Positions 8,989 through 19,508 of a stretch of DNA of 64,000 nucleotides are shown here, piece by piece (the first letter of the stretch is position 1; every line of letters starts with the position of its first letter). The notes under the pieces are model-generated. The model saw only the letters and a program-made list of their open reading frames with translations, did no database searches and was not told where the DNA came from. The position numbers were made by a program, and so were the translations under genes. The stretch is from an uncultured virus (IMG/VR IMGVR_UViG_2671180842_000004) (lineage: Duplodnaviria; Heunggongvirae; Uroviricota; Caudoviricetes), in IMG/VR virus record IMGVR_UViG_2671180842_000004, one strand, 5' to 3'.

Positions 8989-11652
8989 TTAAATCAACTC
9001 TTGATATTTTTTCTTATAAAAATATTTGGCTACTGAATTCAGCAGCATATAGAGAGATACCACCAGCAGTAAAAATACGAAATACCAAAGAGGTAATTTC
9101 GTCAGTCCAAACAACGACGCACCGCCGACAAATGTAAGGGAAGTAAAAGCAATAATCCCCACTAGAGTTATAGAAATGACCGGTGCAGATGCCCTGCTCT
9201 GGAAAAAAGGAATCTTGGAAGTTCGCAGAAAATGTAAAATCAAAACCTGTGTCCACATAGATTCCAAAAACCATCCAGTCTGAAACAGTGCTACATACTG
9301 AAGTTGCAGGGAAGGATCTGTAAGCTGCAGATAGGTTGCCCCTCCACATAGCATCGGACATAGGAAATAATACAAAAATAGGAAGGTGACAATATCAAAC
9401 AGAGAACTGATCGGTCCGAAAGACAGCATAAACTGTCTCAGTGTTTTGCCGGACCAGTCTCTTGGGGACAGCATCTCTTCCTCATCTACATTGTCCCAAG
9501 GAAGCACAATACACAACGTATCATACAGCAGATTCAAAAGCAGAATCTGAATTGAAGTCATAGGCAGGAACGGTAAAAAGGCACTGGCACAAATGATGGA
9601 AAAAATATTTCCAAAGTTAGAGCTAGCGGTGATTTTAATATATTTCAGCATATTGGTAAAAGTTTTTCGCCCCTCCATTACACCTTGCTCCAAAACATTC
9701 AAGTCCTTTTGCAGCAAAACCACATCGGCAGCATCTTTTGCTGCGTCCACTGCCGTATCTACAGAGATTCCCACATTTGCTTCATTCAGTGCCGGAATGT
9801 CGTTGACTCCATCACCAAGAAATCCCACGGAATGACCATTATCCTGCATAGCAGAGACAAGACGCACCTTATGTCCCGGAGTAAGCTCTGCAAAAACATG
9901 AGTATGTTCCACAGCCTTTTTAAGTTCACAGTCTGTCATTTCATCCAGTTGAGTACCAGTTAAGATACGCTCTGTATAAATACCCACCCGGCGGCAAACA
10001 GACACAGCAATCGCTGCCTGGTCCCCTGTCAGAATCTTAGGGATAACTTTTAATCTTTTGAGTGCAGTTACAGACTCCTTTGCTGTCTGCTTTGGTGCAT
10101 CAAAGAAGGATAGATAGCCAACTAGAGTCATGCCCCATTCGTCATCAGGAGTTATTTTCTTTTGCGCTCCCACATTTTTTCGTGCCACCGCAATGACCTT
10201 CATTCCGTCCTGTAACATTTCACCTACTACAGAAGATACACTCTGTCTCGCATCCTGCCCCATGGGGAGAAGTTTTCCACGATATTCTACATGGTTGCAG
10301 CGTGAGAATATATGTTCAATATCACCTTTCATAATAAGCTGACTATTCCCATTGCTATCCTGTACAAGTGTACTGACAAACTTACGAGCATAGTCAAAGG
10401 GAATTTCATCAGCTTTTTGGAATTTTGTCAGAAGATTTGCGTAATGGGCTTCCCGCCCTGGCATGGTATTGCAGGCAAGAATGGCATTATCAATGGTATT
10501 GCAGACACCAGAATGATAGCAGCTATTCAGATAAGCAAGATCAAGAACCTCTGCATTTTCATTTCCAAAAATATCCATATAATATTCCAGCAGGATGCTT
10601 TCATTGGTAAGTGTTCCTGTTTTATCCATACAAAGCACATCCATGCTACCAAAGCTCTGCATGGCATTAATATCCTTGATAATGGTCTGCTTTTTGCTCA
10701 TAGCAAGACTTCCTTTGGCAAGGCAGGCTGTAATAACCATAGGAAGCATTTCCGGCATCAGACCTACAGCAACTGACAGGGCGAAAGCAAAAGATTCCAT
10801 CCATTTTCCATCAGTAATCCCCAGTAATATAAATACAATGGGAACTAATATCGCCATAAAACGTATCATCACCCAGGCGATGGAATCGGCTCCTTTTTTA
10901 AAGGAATTTTTATCATCAGAATCCGGTTTGGTAAATCCTCCATACAGGGTATCTTTGCCTACTGCCAGTACAATGCCTTCCCCTTTTCCACTGATGACTG
11001 TGGTTGCCATAAAAGCGAGGTTTTCAAGCTGAGTCAGTGTATCCTGCTCTCCGTAACTGAGTTTTCGGCAGCTCTTTTCAATGATGGCGCTCTCGCCAGT
11101 AATCGCAGCCTGAGAGATAAAGAGATCCGTAATCTTCGTCAATCTGATATCCGCCGGAACACGATCACCTGCAGAGAATAGTACAATATCCCCTACCACT
11201 AATTCTTCGCCAGGAATCTCTATTAACTTTCCATCACGCCTCACTGTGACGCTTTCATGAACTAGGCGATCAAGCTGAGCAGCAGCGCTCTTTGCTCGCA
11301 GCTCCTGAATCAGACGAATTACGCCACTAATTACGATCATGGAAAAGATGATAATGGCGGTAGTAGCATTTCTCGCAAAATTGGATGCTACGAAAACATC
11401 CGTAACAAGAGAAACAATGCCCAGAACAAAAAGAATCACATGAAACGGGTTAATAAATGCCCGTCTCAACCGTTGCATCGTCGTATCATTTTTCCGCCCA
11501 TTGAAGCTGTTCGCTCCGTATTTCTCCCGCATTGAACCGATTTGCTCAATGGATAAACCATCCGGAGATGAGCCAATGTCTCGATAAATTTCTGATGTTC
11601 TACAGTATGCGTATTTTTTGATACGACTATCAAATAGTGTTGCTTTTGACAC
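8989..11652 (-). CDS. mgtA: Second Mg2+-translocating P-type ATPase (intact, 887 aa)
   Basis: TGES, PEMLP, DKTGT, GDGVND, SSNFGN and GWFLES motifs. Confidence 0.92.
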   Translation of the reverse strand: MSKATLFDSRIKKYAYCRTSEIYRDIGSSPDGLSIEQIGSMREKYGANSFNGRKNDTTMQRLRRAFINPFHVILFVLGIVSLVTDVFVASNFARNATTAIIIFSMIVISGVIRLIQELRAKSAAAQLDRLVHESVTVRRDGKLIEIPGEELVVGDIVLFSAGDRVPADIRLTKITDLFISQAAITGESAIIEKSCRKLSYGEQDTLTQLENLAFMATTVISGKGEGIVLAVGKDTLYGGFTKPDSDDKNSFKKGADSIAWVMIRFMAILVPIVFILLGITDGKWMESFAFALSVAVGLMPEMLPMVITACLAKGSLAMSKKQTIIKDINAMQSFGSMDVLCMDKTGTLTNESILLEYYMDIFGNENAEVLDLAYLNSCYHSGVCNTIDNAILACNTMPGREAHYANLLTKFQKADEIPFDYARKFVSTLVQDSNGNSQLIMKGDIEHIFSRCNHVEYRGKLLPMGQDARQSVSSVVGEMLQDGMKVIAVARKNVGAQKKITPDDEWGMTLVGYLSFFDAPKQTAKESVTALKRLKVIPKILTGDQAAIAVSVCRRVGIYTERILTGTQLDEMTDCELKKAVEHTHVFAELTPGHKVRLVSAMQDNGHSVGFLGDGVNDIPALNEANVGISVDTAVDAAKDAADVVLLQKDLNVLEQGVMEGRKTFTNMLKYIKITASSNFGNIFSIICASAFLPFLPMTSIQILLLNLLYDTLCIVLPWDNVDEEEMLSPRDWSGKTLRQFMLSFGPISSLFDIVTFLFLYYFLCPMLCGGATYLQLTDPSLQLQYVALFQTGWFLESMWTQVLILHFLRTSKIPFFQSRASAPVISITLVGIIAFTSLTFVGGASLFGLTKLPLWYFVFLLLVVSLYMLLNSVAKYFYKKKYQELI

Positions 11653-11724
11653 GAAACATCCCCTCCTTTATAAGTATAAGTAATAATATTTTAACACAGT
11701 GTTCTGAAAATGCTATATTTATAT

Positions 11725-11746
11725 TCTTGCTTTTTTCTTGCAATTT
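11725..11746. promoter_or_regulatory. TCTTGC-N5-TCTTGC repeat upstream of the second mgtA
   Basis: TCTTGCTTTTT TCTTGCAATTT, with the same 11-bp periodicity as 8398-8419. Confidence 0.5.
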
Positions 11747-11954
11747 ACTTTGATATGGCATTTTTCAGCTCGATCAAATCCGTCTCGTTAGGGCGAGATA
11801 AATCCTTATCAAAGTTTTCAACCATTCCTTCTAAATTTGGAGCACGGATGGATACGGCAAGCATTTTCTCATAGCGCTCTCGCACATAAATAGGCATTTC
11901 CCCTTGACACATATGAGTGCTGACAAACTTCTTCTTGGTTTTCACCTTGACCAT
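11745..11954 (-). pseudogene. Probable flavodoxin C-terminal remnant
   Basis: MCQGEMP..VRERYEKM...NFDKDLSRPNETDL resembles the end of clostridial flavodoxin-like proteins; no N-terminal part is visible. Confidence 0.4.
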
Positions 11955-12437
11955 GTATCAAATTTAAATGAACTACTTAGAAAAGTTGCTCATAATAATA
12001 TTTGTATTATGAGTGATAGAATGACAAAAGTGGCAGTATGGAAACCGAGTGTAAAAACAATACAATTAGTTTGTATGGAATATCTGAACTACATAATTGA
12101 CCACTCTGTAATTTATGAAAAAATACAATGCGCAAATTGGAACGGGACAGAAGAAACCAATAGTATTTTTAATAATTCCCCTTCACCATTGATTACTCTT
12201 ATCTATTCTTGCGATTTACAACAAAATAAAACAACATAAATTTTAAATACGTTGACTGGCATAATTCATATGTATAGTAAGTCTACAATTAAGATGCGCT
12301 TTTTCTAATCCAAATATATTAAGAAAAAAATTTTGCGAAGCCATTAATACTTTGTTTAAGATGTCTTTCATAAATATAAAGAATAATGCTCTTAACAAAA
12401 GCGTGCAAATTCCTAAAGAAATGCACGCTTTCAATAA

Positions 12438-13349
12438 TTATCCTATAATCTTCCAATTGCTCTCCTTATGTAGCACTAATTCAAACTGCGATACCTGTGT
12501 TGCCTTTGTCTGATTATCAATGAATTTCACGGCAACCTTGACTTTCACATTGTCCCCATCAACCGTAAAGATAGGGTTTACCAATTCAGAATAGAGGTAG
12601 TCCCTGCCGATAGACTCAAGCACATTTCCAGACACATAGTAAGCAAGCTCCTTTTCTGTGGCTGTTGGGTATAGCTTAAAGAAAGTTTCCAGAAATGCAG
12701 TAGCGTCATTTATGGTATCCGCGTCTACACTTGCGTCTGCTTCTGGTGTCTTTGGTTCATAGTCTGATTTCTCGATTGCTGGTGCAAGGGTAGGGTTCTG
12801 AATAATTACCATATTCCCGCCAGCGTCCACATGAACTTTTACGGTATAGGTTGCCTTAACCGCTGTTGTCTGTTCCCCCTCTTTTATCTGCTGATCTACT
12901 TCGTAGGTAGCGGAAAAAGTGTCCGTTCCAGACTGTTCAATGCTCCATACAATCACATCTGTAATGGCAGAGCTGGTCGGTATATCCGTTCTAATGGTAT
13001 CCATATTCAAGTCCTGCAATTCCTTTGTCAGATAACCGCTGATTGCCTGCGTCCTTGCGTCAATCGCTTCTTTGCTGTTACTCCATGTGTAATAGGACTT
13101 TGCAAAATTCTTCACGAAATTTTCTATCCCGTTGGTGTCCTGCAAGCGAAGCTCAATCACTTCTTTTTCATGGGTCGTGTGCTGGTCAATAGCGGTAAAA
13201 TTCTTATATACTCCAAAGCTCACGCTTGCAATAAGCACCACCCACAATGCAATCACGGTTTTCTTATGTGTGCCTACCTTGACAGTACGTACCTTTTTTT
13301 CTTTGACATTTTCTGTCTGTTTCTTATTCTTCTTAAACATATTTTTCAA
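12438..13349 (-). CDS. Conjugal transfer protein (Tn916 Orf13/TcpC, VirB8-like)
   Basis: Single N-terminal TM and ENFVKNFAKSYYTW...FLETFFKLYPTAT motifs; position in module. Confidence 0.9.
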   Translation of the reverse strand: MKNMFKKNKKQTENVKEKKVRTVKVGTHKKTVIALWVVLIASVSFGVYKNFTAIDQHTTHEKEVIELRLQDTNGIENFVKNFAKSYYTWSNSKEAIDARTQAISGYLTKELQDLNMDTIRTDIPTSSAITDVIVWSIEQSGTDTFSATYEVDQQIKEGEQTTAVKATYTVKVHVDAGGNMVIIQNPTLAPAIEKSDYEPKTPEADASVDADTINDATAFLETFFKLYPTATEKELAYYVSGNVLESIGRDYLYSELVNPIFTVDGDNVKVKVAVKFIDNQTKATQVSQFELVLHKESNWKIIG

Positions 13350-13356
13350 GTCCTTT

Positions 13357-14364
13357 CTATTGTTTTACTCGTCCTGCACCGATTAAGTGCTGTTGCCAGT
13401 AACTACTACTTAGGTCTGTATATCCTATCGGGTCGCCTGCATGGTACATCTGATTATTTCCCACATAGATACCGACGTGGGTTACATACGAACCAGCGTT
13501 ATAGGTGGAATGGAAAAATACCAAATCGCCAGCCTTTGCCTGCGAGAGTGGAAGATGTTGGGTAGCGTCATACTGGGCTTGTGCCGTTCTCGGTAAGGAG
13601 ATACCAGCTTTTCCATAGCACCATTGCGTCAGTCCCGAACAGTCAAAGGAAGTGGTTGGAGAAGAACCACCAAACACATATTTCCACCCTTGATATTTCA
13701 ACGCTTCATTCATTACCTTTTGTGCCAGCTCTCCCGATACCTGCGGAACAGTTAAATACTGATTGACTAATTCCACATAGAACATATTTCCATAGCCATA
13801 CCGCCAGCCTCCGTTCTTCGCAACGGCTATCGGGTTGGTATAGGTTACTTTCTTTCCACCCGATTTCTCACGGGCGAAGCTCTCTGCAAGATTAAAAGTG
13901 TGTTTCTTTCCGTTTCCTGCCACATAGCCCACATAGCCACCGCCATAGTTATAGGACTGTATCGCTACATTCAAATCGTCGATATCTTGATTTTTGCAGG
14001 AAGAAAGCAGGGACGCAAAATACTTACACCCCTGCTTGATTGAGCTTTCCGTATCTAAGGAACTAGGCGGTAAACCAAGACTTTCTGAACTCTGCATAAC
14101 ATCTTCTGCCGTACCGCCACTTTCTACTTGAATGATAGCCAGTAGTACATTGACGTACTCGGAGATACCGTTTTCTCTGGCGTATTTTTCTACCATAGGC
14201 TGATGTTTCAAAACTTCTGCGGATAAGTTCATACCCGTAATGCCAGAAGAAAAGTTGCTGTTTTCGTCGTCGCTGTCCGCACTAATCAGCACCCCAAAGA
14301 AAAGCACCAGAGAAAAGAGAATAGGAAACAGACTTCCAATGATAGCGATATGTTTCAGTTTCAT
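13357..14364 (-). CDS. Bifunctional lysozyme-like/NlpC-P60 cell wall hydrolase (Orf14/CwlT-like)
   Basis: LLAIIQVESGG...DVMQSSES and FDCSGL...HVGIY motifs. Confidence 0.93.
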   Translation of the reverse strand: MKLKHIAIIGSLFPILFSLVLFFGVLISADSDDENSNFSSGITGMNLSAEVLKHQPMVEKYARENGISEYVNVLLAIIQVESGGTAEDVMQSSESLGLPPSSLDTESSIKQGCKYFASLLSSCKNQDIDDLNVAIQSYNYGGGYVGYVAGNGKKHTFNLAESFAREKSGGKKVTYTNPIAVAKNGGWRYGYGNMFYVELVNQYLTVPQVSGELAQKVMNEALKYQGWKYVFGGSSPTTSFDCSGLTQWCYGKAGISLPRTAQAQYDATQHLPLSQAKAGDLVFFHSTYNAGSYVTHVGIYVGNNQMYHAGDPIGYTDLSSSYWQQHLIGAGRVKQ

Positions 14365-16568
14365 TTTTTCTTCTGTCCTTTCTTCGTTACAAGATTACGG
14401 ATTTTCTCTGTGGTCTGCTGGTTCTTCTGGACAGTCTGGGTCTGCTGAACCTTTGTCCTACGGTCTTTGGTGTAATTCTGGCGTGTTTCCTTTGACACGG
14501 TAACTTTTTCTACATTCTGCCTATATGTCGATTGGGTCGCTTTCCCGTCAGGAGTACTAGAAGATAGCGGACGTTCTTTGACACCGCTTGTCTTAACTGG
14601 TTCGCTTGCTTTCGTAGTCGGAGTTGTGGCAGGGCGTTTGACTTCCTGCATTTTTTCCGCACCCGTCTTTGAAACGGTTGAAGCTGTGGCTGGTCGCTCA
14701 TGGGGACGGGTAGCTCCCGTTGTCGCTGATCCGTCAGCCTTTCGCTGTGCCTGCCTTGCTTCTTGTGCCTTTTGAAGCTCCATACGCTTGACAGCGATAC
14801 TTTTCTTATGCTGTTCCTGCTTTTCCAAGCGTCCCGTCTGTCTGGACTGCTGTTCCTGCACCATACCACGCTTGAAATCAGACACGCTGGACTTTGCCTT
14901 TTCCTTTGCGGAATACACCGCATAAGCGGTCTGTGTGGGCATATCCTTGATATTCTCTTTGACAGCGTTTGCCTTGTCTTTCACTTTATTTTTCGTATCT
15001 AAGACAGCACCCACCTTTGAGCCTGCACGCTGTCCCATACTGGAAGTGGTATTGCCCCGATTTTCTTTAGAAGCCGTATTTTTTCTTTCGGATCTCTTGC
15101 CAGCAACGGCACTTCCAGCTACCGCACCAGCCACACCGCCCGAAATACCGCCAGCACTTACAGCCCTTGCAATACGGTGTTCCATACGCCTAGCCCGATG
15201 TCGCATGAACAGATACGGTCTGCGGAATATCCTGCGTCCCATGCTTTGACTGTCGCCAGCGTTGAGAGAAAACATACTCATTAAGTCGCCCAGCTTCATA
15301 TAGATACCAGCGAAACATACTATCTGCAAGAACGCCACCATGAAAAACGGATAGTCCGTGGATATGTTATAAAACATACTGGAAATGCTAAACGCAACCG
15401 TTACAATGAGCGTTATTCCTGCCCGTGTCATTATGGTATTAAATACCCTCACGATTGCCTGCTTTGCCATGCTTTCATAGCTCGGTATCATGGAAAGTAG
15501 AAAGCTGATAGGTAAAAACATAGCGAAGATAATAAAAAGTATCTGGCTGAACAACATCATACCCGTAAGCAAGAATACAAATATCGTAATACCAAGATTA
15601 AAGAACAAGAGGAAGAACACCATACCTAAACGGTTTACCACCTGCGGTATCGTCAGATTGTTGTTGTCGTTGTCCTCGATTTCTGTTTTCACGACTTCTT
15701 CTCTGGTCTTTCCGTCCTCGTCCTCTGGACTTGCCGATACGAGAGCTTCGACACGGTCTGTCCCGATTTCCTCTGCGTTGCTGTTTCCAAACTGTAAGAG
15801 TAGCCACGGCTGTTGTACTTGAATAGAAAATAGGCTGTCCCGTATCAAGTCTACGCTGTCCTTGCCCTCGCTGTCAGAGTTGGGGAGCATGATTTTTGTT
15901 CCCAAATCAAGCGAAGCGGTACTGATGTCTGATGAAAATTCATTTATCTTCTTGATGTAGTCGGGAGCGTAGGCAATAAACGAAGCGGACAACACGAACA
16001 CCACCACAAAGTTGATAACAGCGTGAAGTGCCTTGCTGGTTTCCCGTTTTATCAGTCCCGTATAGGCAACATACATTCCCACCACTAAGATAATAAGAAG
16101 CAGGAAACCAACATAGAAGCCCGTAGAAGAAAAGCCGTTCTCGGTAACGCCTGCAAGGGTCTGTATGCTTTTTCCGATACTGTCTGCCATATCGTTAATA
16201 AAATCAAGTTTATAGGCTTCCTGCACCACATAGCCAGTTGCATTGCTTAAATAAAGGCTTATCGTCCAGACAAAGTTGGTAATGCAGTAAAGCCCGTACT
16301 GTACCGATTTTCCGATACCGTCCAGCCAGTTCCACGGAAGCCACGACCAGCTATTATCGACGAAAAAATCAAGCTGGTAGTTGGAAAGCGGATATTTTGA
16401 ATATAGATTTTCTGCGTTTATGGTATCGTCCACAAGCCCCGTCGCATGAGCCACCGTCCCCAGAAGTGAAAGCAGGATAAGGGAAAGTGCCACCACGAAC
16501 AGAGCCATTTTGAGAAAGTGAAGTATCTTCCTTTTTGTGAACGCACTCTGTATCCTTTCTTTCATCAC
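14361..16568 (-). CDS. Polytopic conjugation membrane protein (Orf15, VirB6-like)
   Basis: Multiple TM segments plus a charged low-complexity tail; position between Orf14 and Orf16. Confidence 0.88.
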   Translation of the reverse strand: MMKERIQSAFTKRKILHFLKMALFVVALSLILLSLLGTVAHATGLVDDTINAENLYSKYPLSNYQLDFFVDNSWSWLPWNWLDGIGKSVQYGLYCITNFVWTISLYLSNATGYVVQEAYKLDFINDMADSIGKSIQTLAGVTENGFSSTGFYVGFLLLIILVVGMYVAYTGLIKRETSKALHAVINFVVVFVLSASFIAYAPDYIKKINEFSSDISTASLDLGTKIMLPNSDSEGKDSVDLIRDSLFSIQVQQPWLLLQFGNSNAEEIGTDRVEALVSASPEDEDGKTREEVVKTEIEDNDNNNLTIPQVVNRLGMVFFLLFFNLGITIFVFLLTGMMLFSQILFIIFAMFLPISFLLSMIPSYESMAKQAIVRVFNTIMTRAGITLIVTVAFSISSMFYNISTDYPFFMVAFLQIVCFAGIYMKLGDLMSMFSLNAGDSQSMGRRIFRRPYLFMRHRARRMEHRIARAVSAGGISGGVAGAVAGSAVAGKRSERKNTASKENRGNTTSSMGQRAGSKVGAVLDTKNKVKDKANAVKENIKDMPTQTAYAVYSAKEKAKSSVSDFKRGMVQEQQSRQTGRLEKQEQHKKSIAVKRMELQKAQEARQAQRKADGSATTGATRPHERPATASTVSKTGAEKMQEVKRPATTPTTKASEPVKTSGVKERPLSSSTPDGKATQSTYRQNVEKVTVSKETRQNYTKDRRTKVQQTQTVQKNQQTTEKIRNLVTKKGQKKK

Positions 16569-19015
16569 TCCACCTCATTTCTCTGTACGGGCGGTCTAGT
16601 ATCAAAGGCGTGTAGTAATTCTTCAAAGACTGGGTGTATCTGCACCACACCGACACGCCCGTATAAGTCCTGCAATAAACATTGTCCGTTCTCCAAATCA
16701 CGCAAGCGTTTCTGGTTGTTTTCGTCGTCCTTGTCGATACCGAAAAATTCTAAGGTCTGCTTTATCTCGTTGATGTCAGTAGAACGAAATGCAAACTTCA
16801 AACCGATATTGTTTTTCAGACTTTCCTTTGACACGTCATAGGCAGACTGGGTAACGAAATAAACGCCTGCCTGCATAGCTCGTCCAGCACGAACCAGCTT
16901 ATTTGATAGGGTTTCGCCTTGTGCCACATTTAAGAACGCCCACGCTTCGTCCAAATCTACAATCTTAAAAATGCTTCTGTCCGAATGGATAAAATCAAGG
17001 GCAAAGGTACTAATCACAATCAGCATAGACACCGACAATAATTCAATGGTCGTGTATTCCTCAAAAGTGGTATCTTTATCTGGCAGTACAAGGTCTGCTA
17101 CTTGAATGATATTGAGCTGGTTATCAAGGCTTATAGCATTTTCTACCGTCCCGTCTGAAAACAGCAGGTGTGCAAAGTCGTAGTCCGTGAAGCTGTCGAT
17201 ATGGTCTGCGATATTGCGTGAGATAGCGGTATCTTCTTTTCTCAATTCCTCAATAACGTGTAACAGTCCTCTATTTTCACTCTGGGTAACAGAACGCACC
17301 GCTTTTCGTAACACGGGGAATTTTTCGCCGTCCCTAGAGGAAATACCCGTAAGGAATGTTAAGATGTCGATTGCCAGACTTTCAGCGTCTTTCACATTCT
17401 TCATAATCACAAATGGGTCAAGAAGTCCTGCATTGTCCTTGTCGCTGGTAAGGTTTACGATATTGATTTCATGGGCTATCTCTGGGAGCGTTTCTTTCCA
17501 GTTGCCACGCTCACTTTTAGGGTCTAACAGAAGTGCTTGACCGCCAAACAGCACCGCATAATATACAAGTAGATTGTTGCAGAATGACTTTCCACCGCCA
17601 AGACTTCCCACAAAAGCAGAAGCAAGGGCATTAGTAACTGTGCCTTTTACTCCCTGCGAAGCTAAAGACGGTTGCAGGTACACATTTCTTCCCGTATCAA
17701 CGGAATAGCCCATATAGATACCCGTGTTTTCCCCTAACTGCTGGGTCGCACCAAAACCAAGCCCAGCCAAGAAGTCTGACTTTACATACTGCACATAGTC
17801 ATTGATATATCGCTTGCTGGCAGGTAAAAATTCAGAATGAAGTCCCAACATATCGCCAGCAGGACGCACCAGTTTTACATTGAGGTCGTCGTAAAAGTCC
17901 TTGACTTCATCACAACGGCGTTTCAGCTCGTCAAGATCGGGTGCAGACACCCGTATGACGTAGCTTAACTTATACATACTTTCTTTGCTCTGGTCTAAAT
18001 CGGTTTCCAGCTCGTCCACGCTGTCTAAAGCGTCCACCACATTTGAGCTGGTTTCACTTCCTGCTTGATAGGCGTGATTATCCAAATCTTTCAATTCCTT
18101 TTTCTTGTTGCGGACTGTCGTTAATGCCTTACGGTTCTCCACGATTTCTACATTCATAGAAGTATCAACGGGGAATGTGAATTGCTGTTGCTGGAAATAG
18201 AAGATTTCAGAGGACGGAAAATCCAACTCCCCGACAATTACATTGACGGTAAAATAGGACACATAGCTTTCCTTGTCCTCATGTTCCAATCGTAAATACC
18301 GCTGGCTTTCCTCAATCACACACCTTGTCGGACGGATAAGGTCGTAGTATTTTATCAGCGTTTCTTTCTTCAATTTCTTCTTTGGTAGCTGGTACTCATA
18401 ATCTTCATAGGCGATACCGTCCCTGCCGTAAAGATGTTCCATGAGATACCCAAAATCATGGATTTCCAAGCGACGCACCTTAAAGCGACGGGAGATTTTA
18501 TTTTCCAGTAACTTTTCCATTTTCATGTAACGGTTGATTTCATCATTCGGCATGGAAACAAAATCATTCATCAGCGTGTGGTTCACTTCATGAAGAAATT
18601 CCTTGAACGTCAGCCATGCCGATTTTTTGATGTTCTTCAGATTGAGCTGTTCTTCCGTAACCATGAGCTTAAAGCCAAGAAAAAAGCGGTAGTCCACTTG
18701 ATTGTCCCCAATCATTGATACTAACGCTTCGGTCTGTTCGTCTATTTTTTGGACTGCCACCTCACGAAGTTTGCCTGTTACCAGTTTCTTTGACTGCTCC
18801 TGCATACTTCTAATGGAGCTTTCTGTGGCAATCTGCAACGCATGAATTTTTCCCTCACGGGACTGTGCGATTAGCTGTCGAAAACTGTCATGCACGATAA
18901 ATTTCTGCTCTGCGGATAGAAAAGAATAGTTGTACGGTATCAGCTCATAGTAGGCGAACACCTCATTGTCCTTGTTCCAGACAAGGTTATTGTCAATATA
19001 TTTTATCGGGAACAT
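16565..19015 (-). CDS. VirB4-like conjugation ATPase (Orf16)
   Basis: Walker A GSLGGGKS, Walker B DLDEAW, RAGRAM. Confidence 0.93.
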   Translation of the reverse strand: MFPIKYIDNNLVWNKDNEVFAYYELIPYNYSFLSAEQKFIVHDSFRQLIAQSREGKIHALQIATESSIRSMQEQSKKLVTGKLREVAVQKIDEQTEALVSMIGDNQVDYRFFLGFKLMVTEEQLNLKNIKKSAWLTFKEFLHEVNHTLMNDFVSMPNDEINRYMKMEKLLENKISRRFKVRRLEIHDFGYLMEHLYGRDGIAYEDYEYQLPKKKLKKETLIKYYDLIRPTRCVIEESQRYLRLEHEDKESYVSYFTVNVIVGELDFPSSEIFYFQQQQFTFPVDTSMNVEIVENRKALTTVRNKKKELKDLDNHAYQAGSETSSNVVDALDSVDELETDLDQSKESMYKLSYVIRVSAPDLDELKRRCDEVKDFYDDLNVKLVRPAGDMLGLHSEFLPASKRYINDYVQYVKSDFLAGLGFGATQQLGENTGIYMGYSVDTGRNVYLQPSLASQGVKGTVTNALASAFVGSLGGGKSFCNNLLVYYAVLFGGQALLLDPKSERGNWKETLPEIAHEINIVNLTSDKDNAGLLDPFVIMKNVKDAESLAIDILTFLTGISSRDGEKFPVLRKAVRSVTQSENRGLLHVIEELRKEDTAISRNIADHIDSFTDYDFAHLLFSDGTVENAISLDNQLNIIQVADLVLPDKDTTFEEYTTIELLSVSMLIVISTFALDFIHSDRSIFKIVDLDEAWAFLNVAQGETLSNKLVRAGRAMQAGVYFVTQSAYDVSKESLKNNIGLKFAFRSTDINEIKQTLEFFGIDKDDENNQKRLRDLENGQCLLQDLYGRVGVVQIHPVFEELLHAFDTRPPVQRNEVE

Positions 19016-19391
19016 AGTTCACACTCCTTACTGCCGTGATTGTTTCATTCAATATCTGCTTATGCAGTTTTACGGCTTTTCCTGCATAAGTGATTTTAGG
19101 TCGCAAGGCATAGGTTATCTGTGATTTCAAAAAGCTGTACGGCTTCTTTCCGTCAAAGGTTTTCTGCGACATAAACCAAGTGAGAGCAACGGGAATACCG
19201 AAGTATTTGAGAAATGCTCCCTCAATCATGGAAAGTGGGGGCATATCCCCAAACAGAATGATGATAAATTCCGTAATCACAAACCATGTAATCTGTGTAA
19301 AGGTAACGGGAAAGGGTAAGTTAAAGTCATTGATTGCATATAAGACTTTTTCCACGTTCCAGATACCCGTGTAGCTTTTAATCTTTTTCAA
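18993..19391 (-). CDS. TcpE-family conjugation membrane protein (Orf17)
   Basis: KSYTGIWNVEKVLYAIND...FDGKKPY motif. Confidence 0.9.
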   Translation of the reverse strand: MKKIKSYTGIWNVEKVLYAINDFNLPFPVTFTQITWFVITEFIIILFGDMPPLSMIEGAFLKYFGIPVALTWFMSQKTFDGKKPYSFLKSQITYALRPKITYAGKAVKLHKQILNETITAVRSVNYVPDKIY

Positions 19392-19420
19392 GTTCTTTCA
19401 GCCCCTTTCGTAAGTTCTTC

Positions 19421-19454
19421 AAAGAGAAAAGGACAGCCATTTTCAGACTGTCCC
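19421..19454 (-). terminator. Intrinsic terminator inside the conjugation operon (ardA to orf17)
   Basis: Minus strand GGGACAGTCTGAAAATGGCTGTCCTTTTCTCTTT. Confidence 0.65.
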
Positions 19455-19508
19455 TTAAAGAGAAATACGCTGTCAGTAGCAACAATGCTTGTTGCTGATC
19501 TTCCAGCG

